Origin: Nemertoderma westbladi
Lineage: Eukaryota; Animalia; Xenacoelomorpha
Direction: 5' to 3'
Assembly (NCBI GenBank): GCA_032718475.1
Contig: JAUCBJ010007732.1
Coordinates: 1-43,083 of the forward strand
DNA: 43,083 nucleotides
Under the pieces are notes generated by a model. It was not told the DNA's origin. It searched no databases and saw only the letters and a program-made list of their open reading frames with translations. Positions 34,015 through 43,083 of the stretch are shown here, one piece after another. How positions within the stretch are numbered: the stretch's first letter is position 1; each line of letters begins with the position of its first letter. The position numbers were made by a program, and so were the translations under genes.

Positions 34015-36330
34015 ATGGATAACTATTGGCATGGCCATTTTGCGAACGTGAAATTTCTAAATGTAATTATTTAACTCACCCGAAGTCACATTTCAATGTT
34101 TGTTCTTGTTTTAAATGTCATGTTTCGACTTCACGCGAAGAAATTTGTAACCTGAAGTCACATTTCAATGTTTGTTCTTGTTTTAAATGTCATGTTTCGA
34201 CTTCACGCGAAGAAATTTGTAAATGACATGAATCAACTACAGGTTGTAAAGAAATGAAGTTTTGCGTGTATCAAAAGACTTGTTCTACTTGTAATAAAGA
34301 GTACTCATATGAGAATTATTTACGTCACGACTGTCACCAACATTATTATACTGTTAGACCACCATGACGGATCCAAAACAATACTGACACATCTAGAAAA
34401 AGACTGAAACCCGGTCAAGGTCCATCAATTTTTAGCCTCGAACGAGCTGCATACAATAACCGTTTAGAAATCTATGTTTACAATCTTCCAACTGATGAAG
34501 ATTTTCCTGACATTCATTCATCGATAGTAAAAATTCTCCCTTATATTAAAAAGGTTATTATTAGGAAAACTTGCTGAAATGAATGTACTTAGACCATGGC
34601 TAGGTGTGAATATACTCATGTATTTCATTGTGTATAATCACATTTTTCAGAGGGTGGGCAATTTGAAACTTTCTATTTTAGTTCTTCAGGTGGTTTCAAT
34701 ATTTGGTTCGAGTATATACTGGAAAATTTATTGCAAAAAATAGCTATGTTTAACACATGAGGCTCAGGATGGCGCGTTAAATCTTTATTTAGAGTGGAAA
34801 TTAAAGTAGCCGAATCCAAGTCTAAGTCACTGGAATATAAAGGTCACGGTTATATAGAGTTACCTAAGGTTCTATCAGCTAAACGAAGTATAATAAATAT
34901 ACAAACGGTTGATAATGACTGTTTCAAATGGGCTATTATAGCCACAAAATTTAGTAGCAAAGTGAAAGAGCACAAATACCGTACTTCACAATATACAGAT
35001 TACATGAAACATTTCATTTTTGATAATGGGAACAAAGATTATCCAACAGAATGGCAGCTAGCGATTAAACTTTTTGAAAAACAAAATTCAAAATATATAA
35101 TCAATTTATTACTCTGGGATAACAATCGAGTATCTATATTAAGACAGGCACCATTTAGTAAAATTACTCCAGATAAAGAGTTATTAAATATATTACATAT
35201 ATATATTAATATATTAATAAGAATACATGTAAACAAAATAATTATATTTGTATAACTAACCTGAATCCGTTGATGAATACAAAAGGTAAGCATATTAGAT
35301 GTAGGAAATATTGCGAAAGGTGTTTAACTCAATTCTACAGCAAGGATGTTCTAGAACGTCACCGTCTTGCTTGTTATCAATGTTCGAGTCAAGTTGAGAA
35401 GCAACCATCTGAAAAAAGAACTCACATTAGCTTTAGAAATTTAGACAGAATATTACCGGCATTGTTTGTAATATATTTTGATATAGATCTATTTTGGAGC
35501 CAGTCTGCAACAGTAAAATAATTTAGTCAGAAGCATATTCCATGCACCATAAGTTATTTAGTTCTCCCTAGTAGTGAATTAATTGGTCCACCAAGATTTT
35601 ATTTGAAAACCTTTACAAAGACGGATGATAATAACTATATTCAAGACTTTTTAGACTCTCTACATAATGATATTATCCAATTATATAAGTGGTCGGAAGA
35701 TCATACACATGAAAAAATGATACTAAATGATGTAGATAAGTTAAGTTTTTGGAAGGCTAAAACTTGTTTTTATTGCAACACTAATTTACTGATAAAACTG
35801 GTAAAAATAAACATCATAACCATAATACTATATAGCAGCCACTTGTAATGCATGCAACCACTCTTTATTGTTAAAACGTCACATGTATATACTCGCTGCA
35901 CATAAATGTAATCTATACGATTTGCATTTTCTTTTACAAGTTGGGTTTTGCAACAACAGATATTCCGATTGGGATATAAAAGTTATACCAAAAAATAATG
36001 AATGGTATATTTCACTGAGTATGCATATACCGGTGAAGGAGAGAAAACGAAAATCGAGTTACGTGTCTTAGACACATATCAATTTTTAACCTTTTCTTTA
36101 AGTAACTTAGTTGATTGCTCAACAAAGGACATAGACAGTGAGGATATAACATCAGTTCTACCGATTACTGTACAGCAAATGAAATATTTTTATCCAAATT
36201 TAAATAATGCAACAATTAAACGAAAAGGTATATTTCCCTACGAGTACCTGACAGATTTAAATAATTTAAACGATTCGAAATTACCATCGATAGACAAATT
36301 TTTTAGTAACTTAATGAATTCGAAATCTTT
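34015..36330 (+). pseudogene. Protein-primed DNA polymerase B, N-terminal half only, with many frameshifts
   Basis: YIELPKVL..KRSIINIQTVDNDCFKWAI, CERCL..F..L..HR, VIYFDID (ExoI), H..NLYDLHFL (ExoII), RVLDTYQFL..SL..L, KGIFPYEY; polymerase motifs absent. Confidence 0.9.
34082..34222. repeat. 72-bp tandem duplication in the zinc-finger region at the start of pPolB
   Basis: GAAGTCACATTTCAATG...AAATTTGTAA at 34082 and 34154. Confidence 0.92.
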
Positions 36331-36639
36331 ATATCTCGCTTCAGAATTAAATAGTTTATTTATATCATCAATAATGACTTGAATAGAGCTATGCATACTA
36401 GGAAATAAACTGTATGATTTGGCATCTTTCGCATCTACACCGATTGACAGCGAGATCTGAGTTTGGAGAGTAATATTGCTATACGTTGCTTGATATTGTA
36501 TTTCAGCAAGGTCAATTTTAGCATTTGATCCAACATATAATTCTTCTGCTAAATCAACAGTAAACTCGCTAGGGTTATAATTGGGATATGTATTTAAAGA
36601 GCTACCTGAGACTAGAGTTATATATATATCTATAGCCAT
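36330..36639 (-). pseudogene. Polinton minor capsid (penton-like) protein, N-terminal fragment
   Basis: IYITLVSGSSLNTYPNYNPSEFTVDLAEEL...IDLAEIQY matches the typical YxTLxSxSS..YP.N..S.F.V.L start. Confidence 0.75.
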
Positions 36640-36872
36640 TTTTATTCAAGCTCTCTACTTGACTCGTTTGTACATACTGTATAATGTTAAATATAGACAT
36701 CTGCCGTCACGTTGATTGCTTCTACAGTATATGCAATGGATCAATATTTTACCCGCCTCATTTAAAGCAAATGAACTATAGATATTAATTAGACTTACAT
36801 ACAGTATAGTAATATCATTCAAGTTAATATTGATTAATTATGCGCATATGTGACCATTATTCACTCAATGAA

Positions 36873-37979
36873 CTAATACAGTTTAAGCCTAAACTTATTT
36901 AATATGCTGTATCCAGGATTGCTTCTTGGAGCCAATAAACCTAACCAGATACTCTTTTTTCCCTTTATGAATACATTCTTTGAGTTTACGATAATTTTCA
37001 ATAGGATGATAAATATTACTACTTGTATGGACCTTTTGGAGTTTGTATGAATAAAATGAACCATTTATTATAGCTCCAGCGCTGTCCCTAATATCAAACA
37101 TTACTGCTGGCACTCTATCCAATCTGACCCGATGAATAATAAATAATTCACGAGTCCATTATTCTCGATAGCCTTTAGCAAAATCAGTACGAGCAATAGA
37201 TAATCATAATGTATCTCCTACTTTAAATTTTATTTTCTTATGATTAATCTGTCTATATTTCCCATATAATCTATTAATTAATTCAGTTTCATTAAATTTA
37301 TTAACTTCAATGGGTTTCATTTGCATAGTTCTATGAAATGACCTATTATAAGCGGTAATAAGCTTTGGTAAAATTTTTACCCAAATATTATTTCCGCATT
37401 GTGTGAAAATTATGAACATTTTTGTCTTTAATGTTCTATTAAATCTTTCAACTATGCAGCCTTATTCACCAAGTACACTACGTAATACCGTACACCGATA
37501 GTATCTAAATATTTCCTCACAGGTTTATTTAAAAATTCAGATCCTTGGTCGGTAGCGATTCTGTTTGGTTTGCCTTTCTGGAATATTTTTTGAAATATAC
37601 TAATAATTTCACAACCTGTATTTGTTTTCATACTGTAGGCGAAAGCAAACCGACTAAAGGCATCAATACATGTTAATATATAGTTATAATTACTATTTTG
37701 TGATTTATATTGCTGCATATCTATCAGATCTATCATATATATATCTTTTAGCCCTCCTATAAATATTTTAGATGTTTGATAATGATGTCTAGGTGGTGTG
37801 TGAAGGGTATACATCTTTTGACAGCTTAACCATTTCTGGGCTTGAGATAGTTTGATGTTTGCTGCTTTTGCTAATTTTGTGATACTTGCAAAGCCCGCAA
37901 GTGATGAAGGATCTGAATAAATTCTTAACAGTCTTTTGTCTAAGCTCCGGGTTAAAATCGGTTTCATCTTGCGAGGCAT
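36873..37979 (-). pseudogene. Retroviral-like (rve) integrase with C-terminal chromodomain
   Basis: IDLIDM, CIDAFSRF, TDQGSEF, IVERFNRTLK (after a frameshift at ~37455), YNRSFHRT, KFKVGD, WTRELF, KKEYLVRFIG. Confidence 0.92.
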
Positions 37980-38128
37980 CTTTTCGACAACCGCAAGTAA
38001 TATGTATATTCAAATCCCTTATAAAGGGCATCACCGTAAAAACAGCTGAAATTTTTTTATTTTCTTTGAAGTTGATGATTTTTTTTTCTCCCACGCAGCG
38101 AGTTTCGCGCCAATGCCGAGCAGGGGTA

Positions 38129-38398
38129 TTAGAAACGGAAGTATACCTCCAGATTGATTGGATAACTTTTTTCTGTAACTTGATATATTTTTTGTTTTCC
38201 GATTGAGTGATTTAATACCTTTTTATAACGGCGACTATTTCTAAATGAATTGGGGGTCAATTGTACATTACCTTTTAGAACATTTAAAGAAGTATTTACA
38301 ATGAGGCGTATTAATTTGTTACTCGTGGCATGGTTAATAAAATAAGTTCTTTGTTGAGGGGTAGCGCTGCGTAAAAATTCCAATTCGTTTCTGCACAA
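38129..38398 (-). CDS. Polinton PW-like small conserved protein (degenerate)
   Basis: LIRLIVNTSLNVLKGNVQLTP motif and position between ATPase and integrase. Confidence 0.6.
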   Translation of the reverse strand: MCRNELEFLRSATPQQRTYFINHATSNKLIRLIVNTSLNVLKGNVQLTPNSFRNSRRYKKVLNHSIGKQKIYQVTEKSYPINLEVYFRF

Positions 38399-38447
38399 GT
38401 CTATTCATTTTTGCGAAATTATTTAAAATTTTTACAAAATATGAATA

Positions 38448-39125
38448 TTAATTATTATTATTATTATTATCGCTACGTTTATAGTCAATGCAATTTTTAA
38501 TGTAACAATTATGATTACGAAATATATCCGATCCAAATCTTAAACGTTCGGGTGTTTCCTGATGTAAATCAATTAAGAAATGTGAAAATGGGGCAATAGT
38601 TGCATCTTGATAGGAATCTTCTAAAAATTTTATCTGCTCGGGTAACATCTGCTTTGCGAAATTTAAAACCGATAAACTGTTGCGTGGATTTTTCATTAAT
38701 ACTAACGTATGGCTATTAATTGACCTTGTACGGTTATGCTTCCCACCATAAAACATGTTTTGCATTATGAAACAAATAAATATATTGGAATGATGAGCAA
38801 CCTTAGTAAATAATACAGTTAAGGCTATACTGGACTCTGTTTCTGTTAATAAATCATCTATAATAATTAATAAATCTCGACTATTTACTAAACTATCTAT
38901 ATTTTCAGGTAGACCTTTGTAAAGGTGGGTAATACCGGGAATAGTCGGAGGATTGCTCCCATAACAATACAATACTCGCAAGGGGGATTCGTTGAAGCAG
39001 CCATTCTTGTGTTTGATTAAGTCGCCGACAAAGGTAGATTTACCCAAACCGGATGGCCCTGAAATAATCATGCTTGTTCCCATACGAAAATTTAAATTAT
39101 ATGGTCCTGAATTAAAGCCAGCCAT
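38448..39125 (-). CDS. Polinton packaging ATPase (A32/FtsK-HerA family)
   Basis: Walker A GPSGLGKS, Walker B LIIIDDL, HHSNI...MQN, KNPRN; uninterrupted 225 aa. Confidence 0.92.
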   Translation of the reverse strand: MAGFNSGPYNLNFRMGTSMIISGPSGLGKSTFVGDLIKHKNGCFNESPLRVLYCYGSNPPTIPGITHLYKGLPENIDSLVNSRDLLIIIDDLLTETESSIALTVLFTKVAHHSNIFICFIMQNMFYGGKHNRTRSINSHTLVLMKNPRNSLSVLNFAKQMLPEQIKFLEDSYQDATIAPFSHFLIDLHQETPERLRFGSDIFRNHNCYIKNCIDYKRSDNNNNNN

Positions 39126-39129
39126 TTGT

Positions 39130-39577
39130 TATTATTATTAAGATATATCAATAGGTACCGGTAATATAACATAATATAAAGAACCAACACCTTTACTATG
39201 TATATATGTAACAATTCACAAAAAATTGTTTTCGATTTAAATAATGTCCATACCAAGTGAGATAGCGGTGACATCGTATAAATTCGTTGTATATTTTTCA
39301 CTATATATCGATAAAAAATATTCTGTGATATTGTAAATAACTCATTAGGTTCGTTACTTTTTCCTGAAATGTAGATAGAATTCCGCAGCTCTTTCCAATA
39401 ATATGGATTATATAACTTGTTTACTCTGCAAAGTGTCTTTACTCTACAAATTGGACAAATTTTAGTACAATCATTAATTTCGACATATTGATCAATACAT
39501 GTCACACAAATTCCATGCTTATTAACAAATATGTAACAATCAAGATGTTTTAAATTAGAATAACAAATACTACAATT
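39130..39577 (-). pseudogene. RING-finger protein of the Polinton, 5' end disrupted
   Basis: CSIC...HGICVTC...CPICR; one ligand appears degenerate. Confidence 0.7.
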
Positions 39578-39915
39578 TGTGTTTGAGGTAGAACTGGCGA
39601 CATTTGTGCCCCTCATCGTTTCTGCATTCGGTGGGATGGCTACAGCAATGCGCCAGTTTGTGAAATGGCTGGCATACAAGCTGTCGGACCGCCGTGAAAT
39701 CCAGTACTCCGACTGCGTTTCCTGGATCCGGAGACAAATTAGTTTTGCGCTTGTCTGATGTATCTTCGCGGGGCGCGTTCCGCAACCAAGCAGCCAGTTC
39801 ACCACGTGATATTGGACACCTCCATACCGCTGGTGAAAGCGGACACGGACTGCGGGGTTGCTGGGTAGTTCAGTTACCACTGACAGACTGCTGCGACGGA
39901 CAGGATTAATAAATA
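39578..39915 (+). mobile_element. 3' fragment of a CRE-like (REL-endonuclease) non-LTR retrotransposon
   Basis: GC-rich island; plus translation EVELATFVPLIVSAFGGMATAMRQFVKWLAYKLSDRREIQYSDCVSWIRRQISFAL..YLRGAR. Confidence 0.75.
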
Positions 39916-40132
39916 ATACTAAAAATAGTAAATTTCATTGATTTTGTGTTACTGTATTTTTGTATGTTTGAATTTCCCCTGTAAATACTAAATGTACTGT
40001 AGTATATTTATATTATTATTGGCAAAATTATTGGCTGAACGAAAGAGGGTTTCAAAAAACAATTTGTGTTTATTAAAATATCCATTTTTCTTAAATAACC
40101 AAACCAAAATCGTTAAAATGTTGATAAAATAT

Positions 40133-40579
40133 TTATAATATAGCTGAAAAAGAATCATCTTCATTGTCATCGGATTCATCAGTGGTTATAAGGGTTTCTT
40201 TCGAAATAATAACTATAAACAAAGCCATAATTTCATAAGCATTTTTACGATCTAATTTGATCTCAAACTTTTCACCTTTATTGACTACTATATTCCCACT
40301 ATATTGACTAATAACAATAAAGTTATCTGACATTGATAAAATTGTGATTGATTCTAAATTTCCATCATCTTCTACTTTGTAATCTAAAAGGTAATTAGTA
40401 GAATCTACTTCGCCGAAAATATCAATAGAACGTAGTTATTTTCTTGCTTGTTCAGAAATATCTATTTTAAAATTAGGTTGTGAAGGACAATAAATAGTGT
40501 TACCAATAACAATACAAGTAAGATTATCAACAGTATTAAATGTATGTCTTATTACAGGTGCAGGTGTATCAGAAGACAT
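40133..40579 (-). pseudogene. Unknown Polinton accessory gene with one internal stop
   Basis: ATG at 40579 is in frame with ORF 40133-40333, with a single TAA near 40437. Confidence 0.35.
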
Positions 40580-40769
40580 TATTATTATTATTATTTTATA
40601 TAATAACAATTAAATAACAGGGACAAGACAGACAAATAAATATTAATAATATTTTTTTCTATTCTATTCATATATTTATATAGATAATTTTTTATATTCA
40701 CCCAATCAACTAAGAACACGTGTAACGAATAGAAAGTGAATAATAACAGTAAATGAAGCTAAATAGATC

Positions 40770-41403
40770 TTATTATTAGTAGTTGAATTAACGCATTCTA
40801 TGCTATAGAAATCATGTTAAGGAACTAGAAGCTATTTATAAACATCTGCTACCAGTTGAGGATGAAGAATTCAATGGCTACTGTATAACACGGATATTTG
40901 TCGCCTTTTTCTCTCGGGGTTGGATGGAAGAGTGAGAGGTGAATTGTAGCGAAACATAAATGTCCCGTGTTCGATCCCGGTTGAATATTTTGTTATCTGA
41001 AAAATGGTGAAATGAAATTTAGTTACTGGTGAAAAAATTACAGGTAGAAAGACACTTGAAATAAAAGATATGAAAATACTGGTTGGTGAAACATAGTGAT
41101 TTGAAAAATAGTATAAGTTACCTGATGCTAAGTGTAGATACCTGAGCACCTGTAAAATAAAGGCTCGCGATTGGTTGGAAGGAGTAGAGAGGGAGTTCGT
41201 TGGGTGACTAATAACGCCTCTAGCGGAAAATGCGAGAAGTTACCATGGTAACGGTTGAAATGCTGGCTTCTGATTGGTTTAAATAATAACGACCACTGGT
41301 GACGGTTGAAATGGTGGCTTCTGATTGGCCAGCAGTAGTAGAAAACATGGTAATGCTGGGCTATGGGTGACCTTGGCCAGAGGGACTATCTTCATATAAT
41401 TAT
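40770..41403 (-). repeat. Polinton right terminal inverted repeat
   Basis: Reverse complement of 31476-32098. Confidence 0.93.
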
Positions 41404-41562
41404 CTCGTGTGCTTCCAAATTCTGTGGTCAGTCCAGGGGGCCTTTCTCCTGTTTCGAGGGTATACAGGAAATGGTTCTGTAGCTGCTAACTTAACTGCTT
41501 CTGTGAAAGCAGTATAGCCCTCGCAGTGAATTGTTGCCTCAGAGGCGAGAACCTCGTACACC
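41404..41562 (-). mobile_element. Upstream continuation of the RTE-like LINE split by the Polinton
   Basis: YTAFTEAVKLAATEPFPVYPRNRRKAPWTDHRIWKHTR reads in frame across the TSD into TAKDAVKAASR; resembles an EN-RT linker. Confidence 0.75.
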
Positions 41563-41614
41563 AAGGGTAGTATGCAGAAAGATCTTTTTCAGGTAACCAA
41601 AAAAGAGTTTAATC

Positions 41615-41671
41615 GCCAAATATTTCAACCACGTATAATACAATATTATACTTCAGGCCTTCATCAGTGGC
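41615..41671 (-). ncRNA. Minimal type I hammerhead ribozyme
   Basis: GCCA-CUGAUGA-A-GGCC[UGAA GUAUAAUA UUG UAUUAUAC GU]GGUU-GAAA-UAUU-UGGC. Confidence 0.85.
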
Positions 41672-42110
41672 TAACACGGCAATGCTACAACTAAAGAACT
41701 ACCGGCACCAACAGCACTAATTACTAAAACTACAGCACAATATAAAACACTACTGACCTAATACTGACGCAATACTAACCTAATTAACTGGAACCTGGTA
41801 CTGGTAGAGGCCTGCACTTGAAAGGTAGTACACTAGGCCTGTTTTGAAAATACAGTATAAATACAGTATATAAACCCAAAAATACAGTATAATTAATCAC
41901 GACGACTCAAGGGGACATAGCTACAGTATAATAGCACGCAAAACATATTCCTACTGTATGTAAAACTTATTTTGGAGCCGGCAAACAATACACAATAGTT
42001 AAAACCGAAAACAGGAGGCGGGGGGTTGGGGGGGGGGGCGTGGGGGGGTGGGGGAGGGGGGTGGGGTTATGGAAGGGGGGGGGGGGTTGCGAGACAACTT
42101 CCAAAAACGC

Positions 42111-43082
42111 TTACCAACCAGTGTTGTGTGTGGGTATGTATTGTGTGTTTAGTGTGGGGTGCTCATGCGTAATAAAGTGTTTTTCGCTTATTTTACGATC
42201 CGCCCAATCTTTGCATTTACGTTTAATTAGTATTTTGAATGGTTGTGGGTGATTGGCATGTCCAGGGTGTTTATCCAGAAAGTGTTGGCCGATGGCTTCT
42301 TTACGGTTTCCCGCGCGTACAGAGTTACGATGCCTATTGATACGTTCCCGTATGGGTCCTACCGTCTCGCCTATGTAGTTGGTGACGCGACTAATACATA
42401 GGTTGCAAACGATCTCGTACACCACATTCCTCACCATACAGTCTTTCGGACCGTTATTACACGTATAACACATGGTATTGCGTGGGGTGGGGCATGGGTC
42501 TCCAGTTAAGCTAGCCCGAACTAACAGTTGTTTAAGTTTGGGGCCCGGTTTACTGACTAGCCGTATGTTGGTGCGTAAGGGGGAAGCGTTAACGATTTGC
42601 TGGGCGTGTCTACGCAGGTGCTGGTTAACGAACGGTATAACTAGAGGAACAGGGGCTCCGGTGGGGGCAGCATTACTATTGTTGTTATGTTGCGTTATGG
42701 GCGTGTTATGTGTGGTTACACTGTATAGTACTTTATGTATTAATTTATTAATCTCAGAGACTGGGAAGTCATTATTTGTCAGGAGTGATTTTACTTTCTC
42801 TATGCTACGTGTGCGGCCTGGGGTTGTGTTGCTGTTACGTATGGCGCGTTGTAAAGCAGCTTTGGCTGTGTTAGTAATTATATTGCGGGGGTGATGGCTG
42901 CGATAGTTTAGTATAATACCCACATTGCTGGGTTTAACATACAGTTCGAAATCGATATGGCCGTGATCATTGACCGTTGTTAAAACGTCTAAAAAGGGAA
43001 GACTAAAGTAAGACTTCTCCATGGTATATTTTATAGTTGGATGGCATTCGTTCAGGTAAAGGAGGAATTTATTTAACTCTTC
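42111..43082 (-). CDS. PLE reverse transcriptase C-terminus / GIY-YIG endonuclease (5'-partial)
   Basis: LNECHPTIKYTME..LPFLDV, YVKPS..LNYRSHHP, CPTPRNTMCYTC..C, VVYEIVCNLC..YIGET..RERINRH; frame open to the window edge. Confidence 0.95.
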   Translation of the reverse strand, partial: EELNKFLLYLNECHPTIKYTMEKSYFSLPFLDVLTTVNDHGHIDFELYVKPSNVGIILNYRSHHPRNIITNTAKAALQRAIRNSNTTPGRTRSIEKVKSLLTNNDFPVSEINKLIHKVLYSVTTHNTPITQHNNNSNAAPTGAPVPLVIPFVNQHLRRHAQQIVNASPLRTNIRLVSKPGPKLKQLLVRASLTGDPCPTPRNTMCYTCNNGPKDCMVRNVVYEIVCNLCISRVTNYIGETVGPIRERINRHRNSVRAGNRKEAIGQHFLDKHPGHANHPQPFKILIKRKCKDWADRKISEKHFITHEHPTLNTQYIPTHNTGW

Positions 43083-43083
43083 C

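Larger units (their letters stand above)
31476..41403. mobile_element. Polinton/Maverick (adintovirus-like), internally deleted and degenerate
   Basis: 6-bp TSD CTCGTG (31470-31475 and 41404-41409), AGTAGT left end, ~620-bp TIRs, pPolB, rve integrase, A32-like ATPase, penton-like and PW-like genes. Confidence 0.95.
41590..43083 (-). mobile_element. Penelope-like element (probably Neptune clade), 3' part; continues past the window
   Basis: RT thumb plus Cys-rich linker plus GIY-YIG ORF, followed by a 3' UTR with a hammerhead. Confidence 0.92.

Overview
AT-rich eukaryotic (probably invertebrate animal) genomic DNA that is dominated by nested, mostly decayed mobile elements. In order: (1) a minus-strand BEL/Pao LTR retrotransposon that keeps gag and protease but has lost RT, most of RNase H and most of integrase through two frame-preserving deletions; (2) LINE fragments; (3) a ~5.7-kb uninterrupted minus-strand exon of an unknown host gene; (4) a MULE-type transposase pseudogene with an N-terminal SAM-like domain, bracketed by inverted arrays of one 13-bp unit and hit by two foldback elements; (5) a TTAA piggyBac-like non-autonomous element; (6) two spliced exons encoding an hnRNP M/MYEF2-type RRM; (7) an RTE-like LINE split by a ~9.9-kb internally deleted Polinton/Maverick (6-bp TSD CTCGTG, ~620-bp TIRs; pPolB, penton, integrase, PW, ATPase, RING), which itself carries a CRE-like retrotransposon fragment; (8) the 3' part of a Penelope-like element with a minimal hammerhead ribozyme. 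TA-flanked short motifs resembling transposon excision footprints are strongly clustered upstream of the transposase. All assignments come from motif recognition by eye; no searches were run.
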